The translations under genes were made by a program, and so were the position numbers. Below, piece by piece: positions 18,121-27,636 of a stretch of 64,000 bases of DNA; position 1 is the stretch's first letter, and each line of letters begins with the position of its first letter. The notes below the pieces were generated by a model that saw only the letters and a list, made by a program, of their open reading frames with translations, searched no databases and was not told the DNA's origin. Origin of the DNA: an uncultured Oscillospiraceae bacterium (GTDB taxonomy: Bacteria > Bacillota > Clostridia > Oscillospirales > Oscillospiraceae); assembly GCA_934573735.1 (NCBI GenBank), contig CAKTMC010000001.1, forward strand, positions 24,689-88,688. Reading direction: 5' to 3'.

Positions 18121-19927
18121 CATGGGCATTGCCCGCAACCTCGCCCGGCGATACTGGCCGCTTTGGGCGGCATATCTCGCGGCGATGACGGTATTTTTCC
18201 CTCTGGAGCTTACGGCATGGGGCGTGTCGAACTATGCGGAGGCAAATGCGCGGGTGCTAACCTGCGCGCTCAACTGCGCCCGGGTCGCCATTCCCGCCGG
18301 CGCTGCCATGGCCATGGCCATGTTCAGCTTCATGTATTCAAGCCGCAGCGTGAGCATGATGTGCTCTCTGCCCATACGCAGAGAGACGATGTACCTGACG
18401 GCGCTGCTTTGCGGGCTGCTGCCGATGCTGCTGGCCGATGTCATCGCGGTAATAATGGGCGCCGTCGTCGTGTCCGGCTGGGCATATGTAGAGCCCTCGG
18501 TTCTGGCGCAGGCGCTGGGCATAATCGTGATGGAGACCGTCGCATTTTACGGCTTTGCCGTATTCTGCGCTCAGCTCACGGGCAATCTGCTCGTTTTGCC
18601 GCTTGTGTATCTTCTGCTCAACGTGTCCGTGTACGCGATGGAGCTCGGCATAAGATATCTCCTGAGTAACTTTGTCTACGGCATGACCGGCAGCATCTGC
18701 ACGCTTACGGCGCTCTCTCCGATAATCTATATGCTGAACATCATAAGCGTCTCATGGAACAACAGCGGCACCGCGGACGTCACGGTCGAGGGCAGCAGCG
18801 TCAATATGCCGCAGCAGCGCGGCTGGACGATTCACGGGCTAACGCCGCTCTATGTCTACTGCGCGGCAGGCATACTGCTTGCGCTGCTCGCTCTGCTGCT
18901 CTACAGGCGGCGGCGCATGGAAACTGCGACGGATGCCGTTGCGATACCGCTGCTGCGCCCGCTGTTCAAGTATTGCATGAGCCTCGGCGGGGCCGTTGTT
19001 TTCACCTATCTCATATACGCAAATTTCGGGCTGCGCCATGCCTTTGTCGGGCTTTCCGAGGCCTTCGTGCTCTTTACGCTCATGGCCGTCGGCGCCGCCA
19101 TCGGCTACTATCTTGCAAAGATGCTGATTGAAAAGACTCTGCGCGTATTTTCCGGCAAGCCGCTCGGGCTTTTTGTATCCATAGGCATTATCGCCTGCTT
19201 TATCTTCTCCTGGGAGCTTGACCTCTACGGCTATGAGCGCCGCGTCCCGGAGCTTGACGAGGTCGAGGCCGTCACCCTCACCTCGCCGTACTATTACATT
19301 AAAAACGGCAGACTCTGCGAGGAGGAGAACATAGCGCAGGTGCTCAAGCTGCATCAGCGCATGATAAACGAGAAAAAGAGCTATGAGCGCCGCAACTACG
19401 AGCGCTATGACGGCATTTGGTTCACCCTCAAATATGAGCTCAAGGACGGAGGAAGGCTTGAGCGCAATTATTATCTGCTTGAGACGGCGGCGGAGCTGGA
19501 GGACAAAAACTCCGAGATATGGCTTGTGCAGGATATTCTGCGAAGCAGCGAGTTTATCCGAAACTCCTACGCGATTTCAAGCCCCGTCACGCCGCAGACG
19601 ATAGAGAGTGCCTACATATATTATTATAATGTCGGCAGCAGTTATCGCAGCACGCATATAGAGCTCAGCGCCGAGGATGCATACGAGCTTTATACCGAGT
19701 GTATGCTGCCGGACATGGAGGACGGCAATCTGGGCTTTTTGTGTATCGTGCCGCAGGCGGAATATGAAATGAGCATATCCATATGCGTGCGCCGCACCGA
19801 CGCCGCCTTTGATTGGATCGAGGTCGGCGTATCGGAGGAGAGCACGCGGACCTTGGAGTGGATGCGCAGGAGCTGCCCGGAGCTGGCTCCCTTCTTTGAA
19901 AACGAAGTAAACGGCGCAGCTTCCTGA
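18095..19927 (+). CDS. ABC-2-type transporter permease with long extracytoplasmic C-terminal domain
   Basis: Multiple TM helices in the N-terminal ~350 aa, then a soluble ~250-aa domain. Start ambiguous (18095 or 18122). Confidence 0.65.
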   Translation: MRSRISCFDMGIARNLARRYWPLWAAYLAAMTVFFPLELTAWGVSNYAEANARVLTCALNCARVAIPAGAAMAMAMFSFMYSSRSVSMMCSLPIRRETMYLTALLCGLLPMLLADVIAVIMGAVVVSGWAYVEPSVLAQALGIIVMETVAFYGFAVFCAQLTGNLLVLPLVYLLLNVSVYAMELGIRYLLSNFVYGMTGSICTLTALSPIIYMLNIISVSWNNSGTADVTVEGSSVNMPQQRGWTIHGLTPLYVYCAAGILLALLALLLYRRRRMETATDAVAIPLLRPLFKYCMSLGGAVVFTYLIYANFGLRHAFVGLSEAFVLFTLMAVGAAIGYYLAKMLIEKTLRVFSGKPLGLFVSIGIIACFIFSWELDLYGYERRVPELDEVEAVTLTSPYYYIKNGRLCEEENIAQVLKLHQRMINEKKSYERRNYERYDGIWFTLKYELKDGGRLERNYYLLETAAELEDKNSEIWLVQDILRSSEFIRNSYAISSPVTPQTIESAYIYYYNVGSSYRSTHIELSAEDAYELYTECMLPDMEDGNLGFLCIVPQAEYEMSISICVRRTDAAFDWIEVGVSEESTRTLEWMRRSCPELAPFFENEVNGAAS

Positions 19928-20020
19928 CAAGCCGGAAAATGCCCCGCCGCGGACAGGTGGTCATAAGACAGTTTCATAAAGCCACATGATAGGATTAAAC
20001 AAAGCAATAGGTCGGAATGA

Positions 20021-20445
20021 TAAAGGGCGCACTTCTATACACCCTTCGGTGTACCGCGCGAGCATCCCTTGCCTCTCCCTTTGGGAGAGGTGGCCGAGCG
20101 CAGCGAGGACGGAGAGGGCAAACAATGACCATACCAAAAGACAACACCCAATTAGAAAATGCCCGACGGCTTTGCAGGGAGATGACACCCCACGAACGTA
20201 AGCTCTGGTATCTTTTTCTCCGCAAATATCCAGTAAAAATTTACAAGCAGCGGATTATAGGCAGATTCATTGTGGACTTTTACTGCGCTTCGGCCAGAAA
20301 GGCTGCAAGACCCTCTCAGTCACCTGCGGTGACAGCTCTCCCAAGGGGAGAGCCAAGGGGTTGTACTCTTTACATAGTATGTTGCATAAGAAATGGAGCG
20401 TGTCTTTATCGATACGCTCCATTGACTGTTTTATGAGCACCCTTG
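20021..20445. repeat. Dispersed hairpin-rich repeat, copy A (about 425 bp including a 175-bp DUF559-fragment insertion)
   Basis: The 5-prime module 20021-20126 and 3-prime module 20302-20445 are about 90% identical to 43868-43980 and 44003-44150. Internal palindromes TACACCCTTCGGTGTA, CCTCTCCCTTTGGGAGAGG, GTCACCTGCGGTGAC and AATGGAGCGT-N12-ACGCTCCATT. Confidence 0.8.
20125..20301 (+). pseudogene. Truncated DUF559 (Vsr-like endonuclease domain) gene fragment embedded in repeat copy A
   Basis: MTIPKDNTQLENARRLCREMTPHERKLWYLFLRKYPVKIYKQRIIGRFIVDFYCASARK matches the N-terminal half of DUF559 proteins (LRKNMT..E..LW..LR......FRRQ..IG.YIVDFYC). The reading frame then runs into repeat sequence. Confidence 0.6.
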
Positions 20446-20610
20446 CAGCTGCGGCGGGGCATTTTCCCTCTCATTCACAAAATCATTTCCGATTGTTCAA
20501 AAATATTTGCGCATTTGTTCATTTGGAGTACATAAATGCATTGTATCTTATAATCACAAACAAAAGCAAGGCACAAAGCCAAGCCCCATAAGCCAAAAGA
20601 GGTCTTTAAT

Positions 20611-22044
20611 ATGTACGAGCCTGAAGAAAGCAAGCCTATCGAACAGCAGGCAAATGATAACAGCGAAAATCCCATGCAGGACAACACAGACCGCGTAAAC
20701 GGCGAGTACCATTACAAAAACGGATTTACCCAAAAGATTTATTCCGATGCGCACTATGTTCCCGCAGACGAGAGCACAACTCCCCCCAGATACTATACTC
20801 CCCCCGAGAAGCAGGAGAAGGCTCCGAAGGAGCCCAAGACTCCACCGGCTGACAGCGGCAGGAAGCACGGCTTCCTCAAGCTTGCCTGTCTCGCGCTTGT
20901 ATGCGCACTGCTCGGCGGACTTTGCGGCGGCGCGATCGCCGAAAGCCGAATAAACGACAGACTGACAGCCATTGAGGACAGCATGAGCACCGACACCCCG
21001 GCGCAGACCCCCGTGGTCAGCACCTCCGGCTCCACCATCTCCGCCGCCTCCTCCGGCAGTCTGAGCTGGTCTGAGATAAATGCTCTGGCAAGTCAGCAGG
21101 TAGTCGGCGTGACCACCAATATTACTTATACGAATTTCTTCGGTCAGACGAGCTCCTCCGCAGTTTCCGGCTCCGGCTTCATCATCAGCTCGGACGGCTA
21201 CATTCTCACCAATTACCACGTTATCGAAACGGCATATCAGCAAAACTGCTCCCTCTATGTCATGACCCATGACGGCACGCGCTACGATGCTACAATAGTC
21301 GGCGTTGAGGCTGACAATGACATCGCCGTTTTGAAGATAGACGCTACCGGGCTCACTCCCGCGACTCTCGGCAACAGCGACAGCATTACGGTCGGTGACG
21401 AGATTTGTGCGGTAGGCAATCCGCTCGGTGAGCTTGAGTTCACCTCCACCTTCGGTCGCGTGAGTGCGCTTGACCGCCTCATCACCACCGAGGAGAGCGG
21501 CAGCGCCATCAATATGTTCCAGATAGACGCGGCGGTCAACTCCGGTAACTCCGGCGGCCCCGTGTACAATACCAAGGGCGAGGTCATCGGCATCGTGACC
21601 GCAAAGTACAGCTCCACCGGTGTGGAGGGTCTGGGCTTTGCGATACCGATAAATGATGCGGCAAGCATCGCAAACGACCTGATAACCAAGGGCTACGTCA
21701 GCGGCAAGGCTCATATGGGCGTGCGTATCGACCAGAGATACACCTCCGCGTACAGCCAGTATTACAATATGCCCGAGGGCGCGTATGTCTACTCCGTTGA
21801 GAGCGGAAGCTGCGCCGAGACCGCAGGGCTTCGCGCAGGCGATATCATCACCAAGCTCGGCGAGAGCGAGGTCAAGAGCTATACCGATCTCAGCCATGCT
21901 ATCAAGCAGTTCTCCGCAGGCGACACGACAGAGCTTGTCGTGTACCGTGCCGGTGAGACCATCACCCTGAGCCTCACCTTTGACGAGGAGGTGCCGGAGA
22001 ATACCGCCGGCTCCGCCCCGGCCGTCCCGGGACAGACTCCCTGA
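20611..22044 (+). CDS. HtrA/DegP-family serine protease (trypsin-like S1C + PDZ), membrane-anchored
   Basis: Catalytic-triad blocks TNYHV, DIAVLKID, GNSGGP; C-terminal PDZ; N-terminal low-complexity cytoplasmic tail and one TM. Confidence 0.85.
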   Translation: MYEPEESKPIEQQANDNSENPMQDNTDRVNGEYHYKNGFTQKIYSDAHYVPADESTTPPRYYTPPEKQEKAPKEPKTPPADSGRKHGFLKLACLALVCALLGGLCGGAIAESRINDRLTAIEDSMSTDTPAQTPVVSTSGSTISAASSGSLSWSEINALASQQVVGVTTNITYTNFFGQTSSSAVSGSGFIISSDGYILTNYHVIETAYQQNCSLYVMTHDGTRYDATIVGVEADNDIAVLKIDATGLTPATLGNSDSITVGDEICAVGNPLGELEFTSTFGRVSALDRLITTEESGSAINMFQIDAAVNSGNSGGPVYNTKGEVIGIVTAKYSSTGVEGLGFAIPINDAASIANDLITKGYVSGKAHMGVRIDQRYTSAYSQYYNMPEGAYVYSVESGSCAETAGLRAGDIITKLGESEVKSYTDLSHAIKQFSAGDTTELVVYRAGETITLSLTFDEEVPENTAGSAPAVPGQTP

Positions 22045-22105
22045 ACGGAATCTTAATTTGCTACTTTTCTACTCCTATAAATCCTCTCTTTTCTCCCAAA
22101 ACGAA

Positions 22106-22139
22106 GGGCCGCACGGAAACGTGCGGTTCTTTGTTTTTG
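22106..22139 (+). terminator. Rho-independent terminator after htrA-like gene
   Basis: GGCCGCACG-GAAA-CGTGCGG followed by TTCTTTGTTTTT. Confidence 0.7.
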
Positions 22140-22200
22140 TCCGTTTTTCGGCGCTGCAAGGCAATTTTTGCTTTATTTCCCGGCTTTGGGGAAATAGGGC

Positions 22201-22228
22201 TTGATTTTTACGGAATTTCCTGTAGAAT
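22201..22228 (+). promoter_or_regulatory. Promoter TTGATT-N16-TAGAAT
   Basis: Good -35/-10 about 40 bp upstream of the phosphoribosyltransferase gene. Confidence 0.5.
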
Positions 22229-22269
22229 AGAAAGGTATTATAGTTTACTTCTTTCAGGAGGAATAAAAA

Positions 22270-22824
22270 ATGACTTACGAGATGGACATTGCCGGCTTGA
22301 AACGCGAGCTGCCCCTGTGCAAGGTCAGTGACGACCTGTACATCGGCGCTTTTGTCATGTTCGGCGATGTCGAGCTGACTGTCCACTGTGCTGCGGAGCT
22401 GCTCAAGCGCGCTCCCGAATACGACTACATTATCGCCCCCGAGGCCAAGGCCATCCCCCTGCTCTACGAAATGGCGCGTCAGAGCGGCGCGGAGAAGTAT
22501 TTCCTCGCGCGCAAGGGCGCAAAGGCCTATATGACCGGCGTGTTTGAGGTCGAGGTCAAATCCATCACCACCATGAGCATCCAGAAGCTTGTTATCGACA
22601 CTGCCGACGCCGAGCTCATCCGCGGCAAGCGTATGCTCATCGTTGACGACGTTATCTCCACCGGCGAGTCTCTGCACGCCATGGAGGAGCTTGTCACCCG
22701 TGCCGGCGGCATAATTGCCGGTAAGATGGCGGTGCTCGCCGAGGGCGATGCGCAGGAAAGACACGATATCATATGCCTTGCTCCCCTGCCCCTCTTCAAT
22801 CCCGACGGAAGCATAAAGGAATAA
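22270..22824 (+). CDS. Purine phosphoribosyltransferase-family protein (adenine/xanthine PRTase-like)
   Basis: PRPP-binding motif MLIVDDVISTGESL. Confidence 0.7.
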   Translation: MTYEMDIAGLKRELPLCKVSDDLYIGAFVMFGDVELTVHCAAELLKRAPEYDYIIAPEAKAIPLLYEMARQSGAEKYFLARKGAKAYMTGVFEVEVKSITTMSIQKLVIDTADAELIRGKRMLIVDDVISTGESLHAMEELVTRAGGIIAGKMAVLAEGDAQERHDIICLAPLPLFNPDGSIKE

Positions 22825-22887
22825 AATACTGTAAAAATCCCGTAGCCCTTGAGCTACGGGATTTTCAATATAATAATATAAAAACAC

Positions 22888-24144
22888 TCACATAAGCTCA
22901 AGACCGCTGAGATAACGGCGCATCATGTCATAGATATGATTGCCCGCCATGCGGCGGATAAAGCTGCGGGTACGCTTGGTGCCGAGGTGCAGCTCCTTTA
23001 CCCAGGTCTGCTCCGCCGTCGCCATCGAGACGAACACGGTCCCAACCTCGTGTACGCCGTCCCCGTCTGGACCTGCAAGCCCCGTCACGCCGACGCCGAT
23101 ATCCGTGCCGATGATGCGGCGCACGTTCTCCGCCATCTCCTTGGCAACCTCATAGCTCACCGCGCCCTTATCCTCTATCATGTCGCGGTCGATGCCGAGA
23201 AGCTTTGCCTTCGCGCCGTTCGTATAGGTCACGACTCCGCCGAGGAAGAAGGAGCTTGCCCCGGGCATATCGGTAAAGCGCTTGGCAACGTCGCCGCCGG
23301 TGCAGCTCTCCGCGGCGGAAAAGCTCATGTTCTTCTCGCGCAGCAGCTTGAGGACGCTCTGCTCGATGCAGTCCACGTCCACGCCGTACACGAGGTCGCC
23401 GAGCTTATCCTCGATTTGAGCCATGAGGGGACGCAGCATATTCTCCGCCTCCTCCTCGCTGTGCGCCTTGGCGGTCACCTTCAAAAGGCAGTCGCATTCC
23501 TTTGCATAGGGCGCCATGCTGGGATTGCTCATGGCGTTCATCTCGTCGGCAAAGAGCGAGTCAACCGTGCTCTCCCCCATGCCGAAGATGCAGACCGTGT
23601 GGGAGACGATTTTTTCATCGGACAGCCTCTTGAGATAGGGTATCGCGCTCGCTTCGAGCATGATACGGCACTCCTTCGGCGGTCCCGGCAGCATCACGAC
23701 GACCTTGCCGTCCTTCTCGAAGGCACAGCCCGGCGCGGTACCGGCAGTATTATGAAACACCGTGCAGCCCTCGGGCAGCAGCGCCTGACGGAAATTATTA
23801 TCGGTAAGCTTGTGTCCGATATTTATATAGTCATACAGCGAATTCATCTCGCTCGTATTCTCAACAAGCTCAAGACCGAACTCTGCGGCAAGTATCTGCT
23901 TTGTCAAATCATCGCAGGTAGGGCCGAGACCGCCGGTAGTGATGATGATATCGGCGCGGCCGCGCGCAATTTTTACGCAGTCGGCAAGCCTTGCGGGATT
24001 ATCGCCGACGACGGTGTGATAAAGCACGTTCAAGCCGATTTTCGACAGCATTTCCGACACGTCGCGCGCATCGGTATTCGTGACGTGACCGAGCAGAAGC
24101 TCGGTTCCGACGGAGATTATCTCGGTATTATAGCACTTACTCAT
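22888..24144 (-). CDS. cinA: CinA-family competence/damage-inducible protein (MoCF-biosynthesis domain + NMN deamidase domain)
   Basis: N-terminal ISVGTELLLG...TTGGLGPT motif and C-terminal CinA domain; start at MSKCYNTEII. Confidence 0.8.
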   Translation of the reverse strand: MSKCYNTEIISVGTELLLGHVTNTDARDVSEMLSKIGLNVLYHTVVGDNPARLADCVKIARGRADIIITTGGLGPTCDDLTKQILAAEFGLELVENTSEMNSLYDYINIGHKLTDNNFRQALLPEGCTVFHNTAGTAPGCAFEKDGKVVVMLPGPPKECRIMLEASAIPYLKRLSDEKIVSHTVCIFGMGESTVDSLFADEMNAMSNPSMAPYAKECDCLLKVTAKAHSEEEAENMLRPLMAQIEDKLGDLVYGVDVDCIEQSVLKLLREKNMSFSAAESCTGGDVAKRFTDMPGASSFFLGGVVTYTNGAKAKLLGIDRDMIEDKGAVSYEVAKEMAENVRRIIGTDIGVGVTGLAGPDGDGVHEVGTVFVSMATAEQTWVKELHLGTKRTRSFIRRMAGNHIYDMMRRYLSGLELM

Positions 24145-25312
24145 GTCTAAGCTCCACTTCCTCAAGTCCCTTTATCGCCTCATCCACAAGCGCCTCGATG
24201 TCCAGCACGGACTCCGCCTGCTCCACCTCGGACAGCTTCGGGCGGGTACGCGGGTGCTTGGGCGTAAATACCGTGCAGCAGTCCTCATAGGGGAGAATGG
24301 AGGTTTCAAAGGTGCCGATTTTCCTTGCGATCGTGATTATTTCTTCCTTGTCCATGCCGATAAGCGGCTGGAGCACCGGCAGGTCGATGACCGCCTGAGT
24401 GGAGGCCATTGCCTCCATGGTCTGGCTTGCGACCTGACCTAAGTTTTCGCCCGTGACTATAGCCTTCGCGCCGTTTTCGCGGGCGACACGCTGAGCAATG
24501 CGCATCATAAAGCGGCGCATGATGAGCGTGAAGTATTCTTCGGGGCACTTGTCGCGTATCTCCTCCTGAATATGCGTGAAGGGCGCTATCTCAAGCGTCA
24601 TGCGTCCGCAGTACTCGGTCAGCATATTGCCAAGCTCGATGACCTTTTCCTTTGCCTGCTCCGAGGTGTAGGGGAAGGAGAAAAAGTGCAGCGGGATAAG
24701 GCGCACGCCGCGCTTTGCTATCATATAGGTCGAAACCGGGCTGTCGATGCCGCCGGAGAGCAGCGTCACCGCCACGCCGTTTGAGCCCACCGGCATACCG
24801 CCCGCGCCGGGCACGGGAGTTGCATGGACATAGGCTGCAAGGTCGCGCACCTCAATATGCACGACAAGCTCCGGCTCGTGTACATCGACCTCGACCCCGG
24901 GGTAGGCCTCGTTCAGCTCGCCGCCGACGTACTGGCTGAGCTCCACGCTCGTCATCGGGAAGCTCTTGTCGCTGCGCTTGGACTCGACCTTAAAGCTCTT
25001 GGCGCGCAGCATATCCTCGCGCAGATAGTCGATGGCGAGCTTTGCTATCGCGTCCTTATCCTTTTCGCAGGCGGCGGCGCGGCTGAGCTTGACGATGCCG
25101 AACACCTTTTGCAGCGCCTCGAACGCCGCATCCATATCCGCGCCGTCCTCCGCGGCCTCAACATAGACCGTGGACTGGAGGCAATACACGCGGAATTTTC
25201 CGATGGCTGCAAGACGGCGGCGGACATTCGCCATGAGCTTTTGCTCAAAGCTCTTGCGGTTGAGTCCCTTGAGCACTATCTCGCCCAGCTTTAGAAGAAT
25301 TATATCGTTCAT
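24137..25312 (-). CDS. thiI: tRNA 4-thiouridine(8) synthase ThiI
   Basis: THUMP domain followed by PP-loop SGGIDSPV; start at MNDIILLKLGE. Confidence 0.85.
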   Translation of the reverse strand: MNDIILLKLGEIVLKGLNRKSFEQKLMANVRRRLAAIGKFRVYCLQSTVYVEAAEDGADMDAAFEALQKVFGIVKLSRAAACEKDKDAIAKLAIDYLREDMLRAKSFKVESKRSDKSFPMTSVELSQYVGGELNEAYPGVEVDVHEPELVVHIEVRDLAAYVHATPVPGAGGMPVGSNGVAVTLLSGGIDSPVSTYMIAKRGVRLIPLHFFSFPYTSEQAKEKVIELGNMLTEYCGRMTLEIAPFTHIQEEIRDKCPEEYFTLIMRRFMMRIAQRVARENGAKAIVTGENLGQVASQTMEAMASTQAVIDLPVLQPLIGMDKEEIITIARKIGTFETSILPYEDCCTVFTPKHPRTRPKLSEVEQAESVLDIEALVDEAIKGLEEVELRHE

Positions 25313-25381
25313 ATGAAAAATATCCTTTCTTTTCACGGTTTCTTTCTTATCAGGTAAGAACCACGACCGCAAAAAGTCTAC

Positions 25382-26056
25382 TCAAAATTTATCGATCGGC
25401 AGAAGCGGCCAAATCGTGTACAAATTGCAATTGATGAGTTCTTCATCGCAAGAGCTACTGAACAAGTCGTCATCTGAAATAAAATGGGTATATTTTACCT
25501 CTGGATTATAGCCGTTGCCAAGCACAGCAACATAAACTCCGTCACTCGTCGCTATGCACCTGCCATTCATAGCAGATCCATTGGCACACCCCGTATTGTA
25601 TTTATCAAGTTTTTGCCACTCTGTATACAGCGCACTGCTTTGGCTCAGATCGTCCAGCAGCGCTCCTATGGTATCATGTGGCATAAACTTGTCCACTATC
25701 AGGCACTTTAAAATTTCATAGCTATTGCAGTCAAAAAACACAAATGCTCTCGATCCGTTATCAAAAAGCAGCACCGCATATGGCAAATATGATTGCTCAT
25801 ACTCCTGAGGAGCACGCACACACTCGACCTCAAAGCACTCTGAAAGTTCGTAGAGCGTGTCGAACTTGCACGCCAACTCGGAATCTATCAAGTCATCTGC
25901 TAAACCGCTGTCATATACGTAGCTGGCTATTTCATCCGCCCGAGCAGTGTTATTGTAATCAACAGCAAACTCGCTTTTTGATGATGCTGTACAGCCCAAC
26001 AGCAAGCATAAGAGGAGCATTAAAAGAACGACAACACACCGTTTCTTCATTCTCAT
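25382..26056 (-). CDS. Cys-rich hypothetical lipoprotein
   Basis: Signal peptide plus lipobox LLLGC-TASS; 224 aa with about 10 Cys. Gene body is markedly AT-rich versus its neighbours. Start overlaps the comM-like stop (ATGA). Confidence 0.55.
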   Translation of the reverse strand: MRMKKRCVVVLLMLLLCLLLGCTASSKSEFAVDYNNTARADEIASYVYDSGLADDLIDSELACKFDTLYELSECFEVECVRAPQEYEQSYLPYAVLLFDNGSRAFVFFDCNSYEILKCLIVDKFMPHDTIGALLDDLSQSSALYTEWQKLDKYNTGCANGSAMNGRCIATSDGVYVAVLGNGYNPEVKYTHFISDDDLFSSSCDEELINCNLYTIWPLLPIDKF

Positions 26057-27570
26057 ACCTCTCTGAAATCGTATGTCCTGTACTGTATCGCCTCGGCGAT
26101 ATGCTCTGCGCTTATATTTTTCTGCCCGTCAAGGTCGGCTATCGTCCTTGCCACGCGCAGAATACGGTCATAGCTGCGGGCGGAAAGTCCCATCGAGTCA
26201 AACGCCGCGTGCATCAGCGCCTGTCCCTCGGCATCGAGCGCACATACCACGTTGAGCTCTCTGCTGCCGATATGCGCGTTGCACATCGTGCCCTCGCCGC
26301 CGAAGCGCTGCCGCTGGAGCTCACGCGCCGCATTGACGCGCTTTTTTATATCCGCAGAGCTCTCCGCGCTGCTGCGGCGGCTAAGCTCCTCATATTCAAG
26401 CGCCGGCACCTCGACTATCAGGTCAATTCTGTCAAGCAGCGGGCCGGATATGCGGCTGTGATAGCGGCGAACATCGCGCTCTGTGCAGCGGCAGCGCCCG
26501 GAGGGGTGCCCGTGCCAGCCGCACTTGCAGGGATTCATCGCGCAGACAAGCATGAAGCGGCTCGGATACGTCACCGTCCCCGCGACGCGGGATACCGTTA
26601 CCTCGCCATCCTCAAGCGGCTGACGCAGTACCTCAAGCACATCGCTGCGAAACTCGGGCAGCTCGTCGAGAAACAGCACTCCGTTATGCGCAAGGCTTAT
26701 CTCGCCCGGACGCGGAAGTGTACCGCCGCCGGAAAGCCCCGCCGCGGAGACCGTATGATGCGGTGAGCGGAAGGGACGGAGCGAAACTATGGGTCTGTCG
26801 CGGTTTGTCATGCCGGCAACGGAATATATCTCGGTCGATTGTATCATCTCGTCCCGGCTCATATCGGGAAGAATTCCCGGCAGGCGCTTTGCCATCATGG
26901 ACTTGCCCGCACCGGGAGGGCCAACGATGAGAATATTATGCCCGCCCGCTGCCGCTATCTCCAGCGCGCGCTTGACGTTTTCCTGTCCCTTCACGTCGGA
27001 AAAGTCCGGCAAATGCTGCGAAATCGTCTCTATCTCCGGCGCGGCGGCAGGCTCTATCTCAAGCTCGCCGCGCAGAAAGCGCATAAGCTCGTCGACATTT
27101 TTCACGGGGTAGACGCTTATCCCCTCGGCAAAGGCCGCCTCGCTTGCGTTATCCGCCGGGACGAAGAATTTTTTCACGCCGCAGCGTCTCGCCGCTATTG
27201 CCATGGGCAGCGCGCCGTAGACCGGACGCAGCTCACCGCTCAGCGAGAGCTCACCGATAAAGGCGCAATCCTCCCCCGGCTCGTCGATATCTCCGTCGGC
27301 AGCCAATATCCCGATAAGCATCGGCAAATCGTAGAGCGTGCCCGCCTTTTTCTTGTCCGCCGGGGCAAGATTTACCGTCATGCGGCTGACCGGAAAGCGG
27401 CAGCCGTTATTTTTTATCGCGGCACGGACGCGCTCACGCGCCTCCTTGACCGCGGCATCCGGCAGACCCACCACGTCAAAGGCGGGCAGACCGTTGGAGA
27501 TATACACCTCCAGCAGCACCTCATAGCCGCCTACGCCCTGTAGTCCCATCGAGCGAACCTTCGCTATCAT
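26053..27570 (-). CDS. YifB/ComM-family Mg-chelatase-like AAA+ ATPase
   Basis: Lon-protease-like N-domain, Walker A GPPGAGKSM, C-terminal ChlI-like region; 505 aa. Confidence 0.85.
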   Translation of the reverse strand: MIAKVRSMGLQGVGGYEVLLEVYISNGLPAFDVVGLPDAAVKEARERVRAAIKNNGCRFPVSRMTVNLAPADKKKAGTLYDLPMLIGILAADGDIDEPGEDCAFIGELSLSGELRPVYGALPMAIAARRCGVKKFFVPADNASEAAFAEGISVYPVKNVDELMRFLRGELEIEPAAAPEIETISQHLPDFSDVKGQENVKRALEIAAAGGHNILIVGPPGAGKSMMAKRLPGILPDMSRDEMIQSTEIYSVAGMTNRDRPIVSLRPFRSPHHTVSAAGLSGGGTLPRPGEISLAHNGVLFLDELPEFRSDVLEVLRQPLEDGEVTVSRVAGTVTYPSRFMLVCAMNPCKCGWHGHPSGRCRCTERDVRRYHSRISGPLLDRIDLIVEVPALEYEELSRRSSAESSADIKKRVNAARELQRQRFGGEGTMCNAHIGSRELNVVCALDAEGQALMHAAFDSMGLSARSYDRILRVARTIADLDGQKNISAEHIAEAIQYRTYDFREV

Positions 27571-27636
27571 CCGCTTTCACCGCCTTCCGAAAACAGGACG
27601 GCGCTTTTTAGTTCGCCGTCCTTAATAAAAACAAAA

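Noticed and set aside
22936-24150. 404-aa plus-strand ORF inside cinA; similar cases at 20554-21897(-), 39352-40878(-), 45927-46985(+), 47013-48182(+), 50328-51323(+)
   Set aside because: All are antisense or out-of-frame shadows of well-supported genes in GC-rich DNA.
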